This document shows positions 1 to 53,328 of a stretch of 64,000 nt of DNA, one piece after another. Numbering within the stretch: position 1 is the first letter of the stretch; each line of letters begins with the position of its first letter. Under the pieces are notes generated by a model. That model was given only the letters and a program-made list of their open reading frames with translations, had not been told where the DNA came from and ran no database searches. The translations under genes were made by a program, and so were the position numbers. The DNA comes from the human T2T-CHM13v2.0 reference genome, Homo sapiens: assembly GCF_009914755.1 (NCBI RefSeq), contig NC_060946.1; one strand, written 5' to 3'.

Positions 1-1271
1 TCACAGGTGGGTACTGTTCTGAGTTGGGGCACTGGGACGTTTCCTGTGGGAATAGAGCTGTTTAAAGTGTGGCTCCCTCTCCTGCCCTCCCTGGGGAGCC
101 CCCCACCTAATGAAGGTGGGGACTTGGATGAGGTGGCATGGATGCCCGTCCTCTCTTTGTCCCTGACTTCCAGGTAGCCTTTGCTCATGTCTGTCCCAGG
201 GAAGGGCTGGCTGTGTGGGGCTGTTTCAGGGGCTCCTGATGAAGGCTGCTCCTGGCCCGGGAGCCCAGCAACTGGGGGCTCTGGCCGGCCCTGCTTTCTC
301 CGTGGGTTGGCGTCCTTGCTGCTGCTGCCAACGGGAGTCCCCAGCTGGAGGAGGCCAAGGCCACTGGCTTCCTGGGGACCCCAGCCTGCCTTGTCACCAA
401 GAAGAATGGGGTCCTCTCTCTCCAGCATCACTTGAGACAATCCCAGGAAGAATCCATTGTGGGAAAGGCAACCCCTAGTTCCGAGCAGGGTGTCCATGGG
501 GTGTAGGCAGGAGGTGGGCTGGGTGGGCTCCGGGGGTCCCGGCCGTACAGGGGGTGTTTTCTGTCCTCAGTGTGGGGCTGGGACTTGGGATCCTTGATTG
601 TTGTTTAGGCCGCCTTCCCGGTTAGAAAATTCATGATAAGCACTGAGGTCTCCCAGGCCAGGCCTCCATCATCCTACGTGGACCACGTTACTCCTGGGCC
701 ACCCTCAGGCCTGTCTCACCCCCGGGTGCCTGTGCTCTCAGCAGACAGTTGGGGGTGAACAGGCCCACTGGCCCCAGGCACACACCTGCCCTCTGTACCT
801 TCAAGGAGCCATTGTAAACAGAGTAAGTGAAGTATTTGGAAAATGCCTCTTGAAGGTGGGCCCTGCCGAGGGCTGGGGGAGTGTGGCAGGTTCCCTCGGT
901 GGGGAGCGAGGCTGCAGAGGTGCCTGGCTGCTGGGTCTCATTTCAGCTTAATGATTATGACTTCCTCCTCCAGACAGGCACATTCCTGTCTCTGACCTTG
1001 CCTTGCAACCGCTGTGGGCAGGGTGGCTAGGTTTGACTCAAATGCAAGGAAAATGGAGAGAAACTTCTGGAAGCTACATAGATAAGAAACCTAAGGAAGG
1101 GGAGACAGAGGAGAAGAAGAGATAGGTGTGCATCTCCAAACACCAGCCCAAGGCAGACTCAGCGAAGGGGCAGAGGGCGTGCCCAGCTGTGCAGGAGCAA
1201 GGGTGGGCGAATGGCGGGAGAAGGAGCAAAGGCAGGAGCCAGGTGCCAGCCTGGTCCTTGGTCCACAGTCA

Positions 1272-1680
<409 letters not shown>

Positions 1681-1779
1681 AATCATAATAGAAAACATTC
1701 AAAATGTCCAGCACGCTTTTGAACTAGAGAGCAGCGGGCTGGGAGCCCAAGTGTCCTTCGTCCCTTTGTGGTTGGTACC

Positions 1780-3083
1780 ACCCCTGGCCACTCCTGTCCT
1801 GGGGAACCGTGTCCTCCCTGCCTCCACCCCTGGCCACTCCTGTCCTGGGGAACCGTGTCCTCCCTGCCCCCGCCCCCGGCCACTCCTGTCCTGGGGGACC
1901 GTGTCCTCCCTGCCCCCACCCCTGGCCACTCCTGTCCTGGGGGACCGTGTCCTCCCTGCCCCCGCCCCCGGCCACTCCTGTCCTGGGGGACCGTGTCCTC
2001 CCTGCCCCCACCCCTGGCCACTCCTGTCCTGGGGGACCGTGTCCTCCCTGCCCCCACCCCTGGCCACTCCTGTCCTGGGGGACCGTGTCCTCCCTGCCCC
2101 CGCCCCCGGCCACTCCTGTCCTGGGGGACCGTGTCCTCCCTGCCCCCACCCCTGGCCACTCCTGTCCTGGGGGACCGTGTCTTCCCTGCCCCCGCCCCCG
2201 GCCACTCCTGTCCTGGGAGGCCGTATCCTCCCTGCCCCCACCCCTGGCCACTCCTGTCCTGGGAGGCCCTATCCTCCCTGCCCCCGCCCCCGGCCACTCC
2301 TGTCCTGGGAGGCCGTGTCTTCCCTGCCCCGCCCCCGGCCACTCCTGTCCTGGGGAACCGTGTCCTCCCTGCCCCCACCCCTGGCCACTCCTGTCCTGGG
2401 GGCCCGTGTCCTCCCTGCCCCCGCCCCCGGCCACTCCTGTCTTGGGGAGCCGTGTCCTCCCTGCCCCCGACCCCGGCCACTCCTGTCTTGGGGAGCCGTG
2501 TCCTCCCTGCCCCCACCCCCGGCCACTCCTGTCCTGGGGAACCGTGTCCTCCCTGCCCCCACCCCTGGCCACTCCTGTCCTGGGGAACCGTGTCCTCCCT
2601 GCCTCCACCCCTGGCCACTCCTGTCCTGGGGGACCGTGTCTTCCCTGCCCCCGACCCCGGCCACTCCTGTCCTGGGGAACCGTGTCCTGCCTGTCCCCGC
2701 CCCCGGCCACTCCTGTCCTGGGAGGCCGTGTCCTCCCTGCCCCCACCCCCGGCCACTCCTGTCCTGGGGGACCGTGTCTTCCCTGCCCCCGCCCCCGGCC
2801 ACTCCTGTCCTGGGAGGCTGTATCCTCCCTGCCCCCACCCCTGGCCACTCCTGTCCTGGGAGGCCGTGTCTTCCCTGCCCCGCCCCCGGCCACTCCTGTC
2901 CTGGGGGACCGTGTCCTCCCTGCCCCCACTCCCAGCCACCCCTGTCCAGGGGAGCTGTGTCCTCCCTGCTCCCCACCCCTGACCACTCCTGTCCTGGGGG
3001 CCCGTGTCCTCCCTGCCCCCCGCCCCTGGCCACTCCTGTCCTAGGTGGCCGTGTCCTCCCTGCCCCCCACCCCCCCGGCCACT
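1780..3083. repeat. 46-bp VNTR, ~28 copies
   Basis: Unit CCACTCCTGTCCTGGGGRACCGTGTCCTCCCTGCCCCCRCCCCYGG; period 1788->1834. Confidence 0.97.
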
Positions 3084-4398
3084 GGATGACTCTGGAGCAG
3101 GTCCCAGGCACGTTCTCATTCTGTCTGAAACACGCCAGGGTCCATATCTGAAAGAAGAGGACTGGAGAGAAACAGCCCAGGGCAGTGCAGGGGTCCAGCT
3201 GCAGGCTTTGCAGTGTGCCTCCTCCTGGCTGCGTGTGGGAGCGCCCAGGCCCTTGCCCACTCAGGTGAACCTTTTCCAGGCTGTCTATGTCAGAGCCACC
3301 TTCATGGGGACGTTTAGCCCCCGGGGTCTGTCCTGGGGCTCCAGCTGGGGTCCTAGTCTGGCGGCACCTGCGTCTTGAGCTTCCAGGGTCAGCTTGGAGC
3401 CCCAGACCCATGTCTCCAGCGTAAGCTGGAGCACAGGTGGGGTTGTGTGACCTCCTTGGGACTCTTTTGGAGCTTCTGTCCTCCTGGATGGGTGCTTGTG
3501 GGATCCCAGCTTCCAGCACCTGGGCTCCGCTGGCCTCCCAGAACAGGCGTCCCATGCCTGTTCCTCATCTGTCAGTGCTGGGACAGACCCCAAGCAGCTC
3601 CCACAGGGTCCGTCCAGCGGGCGGGACAGATGGAATCACCCTGCCTCCACTCATGCCCTGGGAACTCTTGCCCCAGCAGCGAGAGCAGCTGAAAGTGTGG
3701 GAGGTCGGGCACCCAGAACGGGGCAGCCACAGCCAGAGTGCCCTGCCTAGAAGCTGCTGGTTCCCGAAGCCAGCGCCTTATTCCTGGGCTGTGGCCACAG
3801 CGTGGGTGATACATGTGCAAGGAGCCGTTGCGGTGCTGCTCCGGGTGGCCTTGTTGAAGCCGCACACCTGTTACCTGGCTCTGGAGGAGGAAGTCTGAGG
3901 ACCCAGCTGGAGAAATCGGGTCGCTGCTGTCCTGTGGTGGGACACTCACTCGTGTGCTGTCCCTCACCAGGTCCCTGGCAGGATGCAACGTGGAGGGCGA
4001 CTGTGTGGCATCCAGTGTGGGGCCCAGGCAGGCCTGGCTGTGCCGGGCATGGCCCCTGCTTTCTGTCCCATCAGCAGGGTGTGGAACGGCCGCCTGTGCC
4101 CAGTCCCTGGGCTCCAGGCATCGGGCAGCTGTAGCCTGTAACTCGAGCCCGTCCTGGCTTGCTGGGGCTGTGAGCTGGGGTTTTTGTGGAGCAGACAGGA
4201 TGACGAGGCCCCTGTTTGGAGTTTGCTGTGGCTCACTGGGGCTGTGAGCCGCGGTTTTCATGGAGCAGAGAGGACGACAAGGCCGCTGTTCGGAGTTTGC
4301 TCACCTCGGTTGCGGCAGACCCTTCTGCCCGGGGGCCAGTCTCTCCGATCTACTCAGTGTGGCTCGTGGAGGCGCCCGCAGCCTCCACTCAGGTGTGA

Positions 4399-4809
<411 letters not shown>

Positions 4810-5110
4810 TCCATTTTTAAGATATTTCTTAAAGCCAGCCTTACAGGGGCTCTGAGGATATCCACATTCTCTGAGATGTCCCTGCTCCCCACAGAGGAGG
4901 CTGGGTAGACAGACACGGGTCTTATGCTGGGGGCTCCGTCGCCCCATCTGACTGCTGCGTCGTCCCCATGTCCAGAAACTGCAGCTGCTGGTCCCTTTCA
5001 CATGCCACTGCTGCCATCCTGGGGCCCCTGGGCACCTCTGGGGGAACTGAGTGGTGCAGACCCAGGGTGCCACAGGTGGCCCCTTTGAGCTTTTGGTGTT
5101 TTTCTTCTAG

Positions 5111-45036
<39,926 letters not shown>

Positions 45037-47570
45037 TATTGACTTGCCCAGGACGTTGCTGGAATTTTCTTTTTCTTTTTCTTTTTCTTTTTTTTTTTTT
45101 ACGATTTGGTAGTGGAAACAATTGGACATCCTCATGAGCTTTTGCAATAATTCTCCTGGACCTGTGGTTCTATTGTGTTGACCTCTGCGTTTTATCGACC
45201 AAGAAGGGGCCAGGGCTCACAGGGACGGGGGTGCCCCTCTCCCACAGGGCACGTCAGGTGCCTCTGAGGGCCACCCGCAGACTGGGGGAGGGGGCAGAGG
45301 CCCTCGGGGGCCCGTGGAGAAGACACACAGGACCCCTGGCCCTGCCCTTCTCCGTTCCAGCCTGGACAGAGAAACCTCTCCAGCCACCCCAAGAGGTTCT
45401 CGCAACCTTGTGTCCCGCTCTCCAGAGGCCAGAAGCTCGTCCACCACCAAAGCCATAGCTGAAGAGTGCGGGGCCCTTCCTCCTGGGGACAGAAAGATGT
45501 CGTCAAGGAGGGACATGGGGGCCTTTCACCAACCACCGAGAAACGGGCCTGGCGGCCCTCCTTCCTCTTACATGAGACCCTCCTGTGGCATTTGCCCTTG
45601 GTGCCGGGCTGGGGCCGGGCGCAGTGACCCTGCCTGCGCTCCACACTCGCTCCACGGGAACAGAGAGGGTGAGAAGGGCCCACCCCTCACCTGCCCTCAG
45701 TGTCTTTGGTGGCACCTTCCTTGCTGGCCTCCAGGGCGCTCAGCACCGTGTCTGTAAGGGCCTGCCTGCTGCTCTCGGCCTGACACGCCGGCCAGGAGGT
45801 CTGTAGCTGGGGACCAGTAAGGGCACAGGATGGTGCAGGTAAAAGCACATCTTTCTCACACTTTGCTCTTTGGAAGGCCCAGGAGAACATCCGCGAAGGC
45901 TGTTGGAGGTGCTCCGAGCACTGTGGCATGTCTGGCACATGGCCCCCAGGCTGCGGTTGCCTGGGTTGGTTGGGGGAGGAAGTGGGGAGGAGTGTTCCGG
46001 GACCATGGTGGCCCAGGCTGCAGCCGCCTTTGGGCCATCCGAGAGGCTCTGGCAGCCCCTGTGCTTTAGGGAGCAACCGTGAGCCGAGCCCAGAGGCCTG
46101 GGCCTGCACTGCCTGCAGCCGACATGCGACAGCGTTCCCTCCCCCGCGTGCCTAGCCGGTGCCGGTCCGGGCACAGACCCCCCCAGCCCCCGCCCTGCCC
46201 CAGGGAAGCCTGGGCTTCCCGGGAACAAGGTGGCATTTGTGGAGGGAGCGCCCGCAGGCCTGGTCTGCTGGGGCCGCCTGCGCTGGGCTGAAGGGAGGGA
46301 AAGGCGGCTTGGGCCTCCTGGAAGGAGGTGGCCACCCCGCGGGCCTGCGTGTCTGCTGGGGCGGATCCCGCAGCTCCCTCAGCTTGTCCTGAGTCCCTTG
46401 GGTGTCGTTGAGATTGTTGTTTTTTGAAGAAACAGAAGATTCTATTTTTTACAGCGAGCAAGCTGGTTTTCTTATTTTTGTATCCTTTTTCAGATGTAAT
46501 TTTTATCTTTGCTCCGATCCTCATTTGCTGGTGTGGGTGAGGGATCCGGCGGCATGGGCTGGTTTCACCCCCTTCACGAGGGGCCGCAGAGTCACACGCT
46601 GGTGCCGGGGGTGCTTTGGGGGGAGCTGCGCCGATCACCAGATTAAGCACATGTCCTATCCCAGGCGGTGGAGCGGAGCCCCCGTGGCTCTGGACTGCGC
46701 GGACGTTGGCGTCAGGATGACCACACGGCGGCCTTTCCCGAATGGGGACAGAACCCGCTCTGAGCCGTGGGTCTGGCTCCTGTAGGGGACTGGCTCTCTT
46801 GGTGCACCAGGGGAGGGGGACATATCCCAGTGAACCCCACCTTGGCGCCTGAGGCAACACAGGGTGGGCACTGACCCACCCCCAGGGGCGGCTGCAGAGG
46901 CAGTGCCCGCAGACAATGGCCACACCTCTCTCCCCAGGGCCCGGCAGTGCCCAAGGATGGGTCCGGGGCCTCGGGGCCAATGAGCGCCTCTTCCTAGGTG
47001 CTGGGATTCAGTCCCCAAACACAGCGGGAGGGGTCCCTGGGGCAGATGGGGCTTTACCAGCGTCGGGTGGTTTAGTTCGAGTCCCTTTTGTGGAGAAAGG
47101 GAGATGAAAACTGACCACGTGCCAGGTGTGGCCGAAGCCCCCAGGGAGGGCCACATTCGGGGAGCGGGGGGTCGGGGGAGGGCCACCGACTGGCTCTGCT
47201 GCCAGCACAGGCCCCTCCCTGGAAGTCCTCGGGAGCGGAGCGCGGATCGGCACGGGCTCTGGGCTCCCCGTGGAGAGAAGCTGTAGTTTTTACCAAATTG
47301 TGTACATCTGGGCAGATGTTTAATTTCTGTGACTAATCACTGAACTAGACGAATGTTAAATTTTTTATGTCTGAAGCCTGAGTCTATTTTGGATCTGTAA
47401 ATAATCATTGCCAGTGTGACTTTTGTTCAACAAAAGGATTGTACTGTATTAAGAACCGATGAAAAAAATTCTCCTGTAACATTTTTTTAAGAAAACTTTG
47501 TTTGTTTAAAGAAAAAGTATTGTATAAATTATAATTTTTATTTAAATAAACCTAAAATGCTTTGTGCTAA
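45037..47570 (+). other. GRAMD4: GRAMD4 3'UTR (end approximate)
   Basis: Follows the stop codon; GC-rich body with an AU-rich, UGUA-rich end leading to AATAAA. Confidence 0.85.
47545..47550 (+). terminator. GRAMD4: GRAMD4 poly(A) signal AATAAA
   Basis: tttaAATAAAcctaaaatgc, preceded by several TGTA (CFIm) motifs and U-rich sequence. Confidence 0.85.
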
Positions 47571-48307
47571 GGCTCAGGGCTGTCTGCCTCCTTGGCAGGG
47601 CCACACGCATTGTAGGCGGCCTGAGCCAGCTGGGCCACCAACCCCAGGCCCTCAGTGCCGCTGCCAGCCCGCCACTCCCTGGGGCCCCACGGCTGCCGGC
47701 GGCGGGGCGTTTGGGTACTGATGCGGCCTGAGTGACGGCTGTGGGGTGAGGTGGGGCTGAGAAGCAGAGTCCTGTTGGACGTGGGCATTGGAGGCTGGGA
47801 GCAGGGGGCAGGGCCTGAGTTCCAGAAGACAGGAGGCCAGGTGGCGAGGGACGCGGCCTGCAGGGAGGGTACCCAGGGCTGGCACAGGGCGAAGTGGGGG
47901 AGGTTGAGGCAGAGGCAGTGCCTTGGGGTCAGGGGGCATGCAGGCTTTGGCCCCTCTCCACTTTGGTGTCCTGGCTGCCTGGGGGTTCTGGACACAGGGG
48001 TTTCCAGCAACACTTGGGGCTTGGTCCATCTGGATGCTGAGACTAGACACAGAAGGGTGCAAGGACCTGCCTGGCTTTTGAAACCCCTGGAGTTGGGCAT
48101 GAGCCTGTGCCAGGTGCACCTGGTGCTGCCTAGCCTCCTGTGCCTCAAGCCCACAGGAGCCCCCTTGGAGGCAGAGACCTCCCCAGGTTACACAGCAAGG
48201 GAGCTGGAGCCAGGCGGAAACTAGGTCTAGTGGGCCACGCCACCCTAAGGGGCACAGCTTCGGAAAGTAGGACATATGCGTACTCCATCGACATAGCCAG
48301 CCACTGA

Positions 48308-48917
48308 TCCATCCATTCATCCACATCTGTCCGTCCGTCCGTCCGTCCGTCCATCCATCCATCCATCCATCCACCCACCCACCCACCCATTCATCCATCC
48401 ATCCGTCCTTCCATCCATCCATCCACCCACCCATCCACCCATTCATCCATCCATCCACCTACCCACCCATCCATCCATCCATCAATCCATCCGTCCATCC
48501 ATCCATCCACCCATCCATCCATCCATCCACCCACCCACCCATTCATCCATCCACCCACCCATTCATCCATCCACCCACCCATTCATCCCTCCATCCATTC
48601 ATCCATCCACCTACCCACTCATCCATCAATCCATCCACCCACCTATTCATCCACCCATCCATCCATCCATCCACCCACCCACCCATCCATCCACCCACCC
48701 ATCCATCCATCCACCCACCCATCCATCCATCCATCCACCCACCCACCTATCCATTCACCTACCCATCCATCCATCCATCCATCCATCCATCCATCCATCC
48801 ATCCATCTTTCCACCCACCCACCCACCCACCTATCCATCTACCTACCCATCCATCCATCCATCCATCCATCCACCCATCCACCCATTTACCCACCCACCC
48901 ACCCACCCAGCCAGCCA
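48308..48917. repeat. (TCCA/CCCA)n microsatellite downstream of GRAMD4
   Basis: Direct reading. Confidence 0.95.
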
Positions 48918-50364
48918 AGTCCTTGGTGCTGGGACACAGCAGTGATGGGCTAGGAACCTGCCAAACACACCCTCACATCCTTCCCAGGAACACATCCATG
49001 CTGTGATAGCCACCGACCCCTTCCACCCACCCCTCTGTCCTCTGCAACAGGTCCTCCCCCAGCTTGCTCCTAACTTGGAACAAGGCTCAGACCTACCTAA
49101 CCCGTTGGCAGCCCACACTGACCCCTCCACACAGACAGGGGGCAGTGTGGGCCCATGGCAGGTGTCACTGGAGCCGGGCCATGGAGGAGGCGGAGGGGCC
49201 TCCCAGGGGCTTCTGAGTGCTCAAAAAGGCCAACCTTGTGGGAGACCACCCACCCTCGGCCCACAGGCTCTATGCCTAAACCAACAACTTGCCTGTTTTG
49301 CGTATATTTCACCATTTAGTGTCAATAAAGGTGCCTACATATACCTCTATCACCATTTACGGGTGATTGTGATAACTATTTCAGTGCAGCTGGTTTCCTT
49401 GGCAATCGTGCATGTTTTAATGCATGCATTTTACCTTACTCAGCGGCATCTCTCGGCTGTACCTGGCTACCAGAGGGGCTGTGCAACAAGGAAAGGTCAC
49501 AAACCTGTGGGGCAGGCCTGGTGCCCTCTAGGACTTTTGTTCTGGGAGTGATGGGGCACTGCAGAGCTTCCAGCAGAAGCTGGCACTCTGGCTGCAAATC
49601 AGAAGAGGGGTCACCCAGGGTGGGGGTGCGTCAGGGAGAGTCCAGAGGGGAATGAAATTGTTAATGATTTTATTCTTGAACCAGGGGTTCTCTTCATAGG
49701 TACTTGCTATATGTTTTTAAATATTTACTGGATGAATGTAACGGATGAATGAGTAAATAAATCAGAGAGGGCCTCACATGGACCAAAGTGAGTGACGCTG
49801 GGAACCCAGGGTTGTGGTCCATTCTGCTCGTCCTGCAGAACTCCAGGAGGCAGCATTCTATGGGCTTATGAGCTCCAGCAGTGTTTGGAGGACAGGGTTG
49901 GCCAGAGACTACAGGAGCCACAGACTAAGGGCACAGCCAAGGAAGGACCCCAAGACCCCGTCCTGTGTTGGTGTGAGCTGGGAAAGCCGCCCAGGGAAAG
50001 GGCTGTGCAGCCACCCAGTGCTGCTGAAATCAGAAATCTGCCCTCAAAACCCCTGGAACCAGGAAGCCCAGCTCTGCCCTCCTCCTGGGGCCCTCGGGTC
50101 CACGTCAGCTGGAAGGGAGACACCTGGGATCACAGAGGGGCAGCTGGGGTGGGGCTGGAGCCAAGAGGCAGTGATGGGCAGCTGACCACTCCCTCAGACA
50201 GGAGCTGGCCCATGCCCCTGCCATCCTCTCTGCTCAACTCTCTACCACATGTCACAGCTGGCATCGCAAGCTAGGGGAAATAGCTGGACCATGCACGATT
50301 GTAAAGAAGACATTCAGCTGTTACTATCTGTAAATGATATGATGACAGAAAACCCCGAAATTCA

Positions 50365-51039
<675 letters not shown>

Positions 51040-51063
51040 CTATGCAAAACAAAACAAATTTTA

Positions 51064-51207
<144 letters not shown>

Positions 51208-51228
51208 AGCCTCAAAATAAGAACTTTT

Positions 51229-51515
51229 GGCTGGGCACAGTAGCTTACTCCTGTAATCCCAGCAGTTTGGAAGGCTGAGGCAGGAGGATTGCTTGAGCCC
51301 GGGAGTTCGAGACCAGCCTGGGTAACAGAGTGAGACCCCTGTCTCTACAAAAAATTTTAACAAAATAGCCAGGCATGGTGTTGCACGCCTGTAGTCCCAG
51401 TTACTCAGGAGGCTGAGGTGGGATTGCTTCAGTCTGAGAGATTGAAGTTACAGTGAGCCGTGATCACGCCACTGTACCCCAGCCTGAGCAACTGAATAAG
51501 ACCTTGTTTAAAACA
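51229..51515 (+). mobile_element. Alu (AluJ-like)
   Basis: ggaggattgcttgagccc J-type diagnostics. Confidence 0.88.
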
Positions 51516-51710
51516 AGGTTAAAAACAAACAAAAGTCAAGTTTTAGGAATAAATCTAAAAATTTAAAGACTTTCATGGAAAAAATTATAAAATAATTAAA
51601 AGACATGAATGAGGATCTTTCATGGACCAGAAAAGTCAGTTTCACAATGCAAATGTCCTTTCGAAGTTCCTCAAATACAAATGCAAATGCCCTCTCAAAC
51701 ATGTGGAGTG

Positions 51711-52030
51711 GGCCGGGCGCAGTGGCTCACGCCTGTAATCCCAGCACTTTGGGAGGTCGAGGCTGGTGGATCACGAGGCCAGGAGCTCGAGACCATCCTG
51801 GCTAACACAGTGAAACCCCGTCTCTACTAAATATACAAAAAATTAGCTGGGCGTGGTGGCGGGCACCTGTAGTACCAGCTACTCCGGAGGCTGAGGCAGG
51901 AGAATGGCGTGAACCCAGGAGGTGAGCTTGCAGTGAGCCAAGATTGTAGTGAGCCGAGATTGCGCCACTGCACTCCAGCCTGGGTGACAGAGCGAAACTC
52001 CGTCTCAAAATAAATAAATAAATAAAAATA
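51711..52030 (+). mobile_element. Alu (AluY/Sc-like) with a small internal duplication
   Basis: gagaccatcctggctaacac; duplicated agtgagccRagattg. Confidence 0.9.
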
Positions 52031-52380
52031 GACATGTGGAGTGAAAGAAGCAAGTTACAGAAAACAACACGTTTCCTTTGGATAAGGAGCAAAACCTGCA
52101 AAACTAAACTCGCTGTTGCAGATACAGCCATGGACAGAGGCAGGAAGGGATGCGCTTGGCGTGACCTCGTAGCGCCCTCCCAGGGGGAGCGGGGGGACTC
52201 CAGAGCAGGGCACAGAAGGCTTCGGGGCGGCGTTCAGTTGCCTGGCATAGGTGGTGGTGACACCTTGCTTCATTTTATTCTTGTTCTTTAAATTGTGTGT
52301 GTTTTCATGAAAAATATTCTGCTTTGAAAATAACAGGTATGTGTAAAGGAAAGAAAGCAAGCCAAGTCTGCCCAAGTAAC

Positions 52381-52386
52381 TTTATT
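52381..52386 (-). terminator. CERK: CERK poly(A) signal AATAAA
   Basis: plus-strand tttatt; minus strand continues into ggcttgctttcttt (U-rich downstream element). A second AATAAA lies at 52274-52279. Confidence 0.75.
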
Positions 52387-53020
52387 CGTGTCTTCTCAAA
52401 CATTTCAGATCAAATAATGCCATTTTCTAATCTTGAAACCAGCAAGATTAGAAAGAGAATGAGGCCATCCTTTCACTCAGACTTTCCCAGTTACTCAAGA
52501 TTGTATTCAGGAACGAAGTCAAACTCGGCCTCACTTCTTAATTAGAATAAACTAGAATCAGGTCCATTGCATAACTGCTAATTGTTTTGCACCAGGGAGC
52601 CACAAAGGAAGCTAAAACTAGCCTTTCTAAGTTATCCTAAGTTTTTACTATCTAACCAGCACTTCTGATTTTTTTTCCCTTAAAACTCTAAAGTACAGGT
52701 GTTGTATGTCTGCCGCATCTGAAAGGCTGCCCCGGAAATCAGAGCCTATCTAGCGGGAATGTCTGGGCAGTCACCCCCATCCTGCGCGCAGATAGCAAAG
52801 GGCTGCTGGCAGGTGTCAGACACACGGTACCGCAACAGCAGTCCCGAGGTCTGAGATTCTGAATGTCAGCAGGTGGCTGGAGAGTATCACCAGAGCCACT
52901 CAGGAACCAGCCATGCGGAATGGCTGGGTTTCTTATTGAACATGAAATGCTTCCTCTTTGGCCTGGACTGTTTTGCTAAAATTGTTAGTGGGTTTTGGGG
53001 CAGGCCAGTGTATGGGAAAC

Positions 53021-53328
53021 TTTTTTTTTTGTTGGGGGGGGGCGATGGAGTCTCCCTCTGTTTGCCCAGGCTGGAGTGCAGTGGCGCAATCTTGGCTCAC
53101 CGCAACCTCCACCTCTTTCTTGGGTTCAAGCGATTCTCCTGCCTCAGCATCCCTAGTAGCTGAGATTACAGGCGTGCGCCAACAAGACTGGCTAAGTTGT
53201 GTATTTTTAGTAGAGACGAGGTTTCACCATGTTGGGCAGGCTGATCTCAAACTCCTGACCTTAGGTGATCCACCCGCCTCGGCCTCCCAAAGTGCTGGGA
53301 TTACAGGCGTGAGCCACCGCGCCCAGCC
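53021..53328 (-). mobile_element. Alu within the CERK 3'UTR (sense to the CERK mRNA)
   Basis: Full Alu; TSD GGGAAAC at 53014-53020 / 53329-53335. Confidence 0.93.

Noticed and set aside
46066-46980. 304-aa antisense ORF in the GRAMD4 3'UTR
   Set aside because: Expected from stop-codon depletion in high-GC sequence; non-ATG start and no domain
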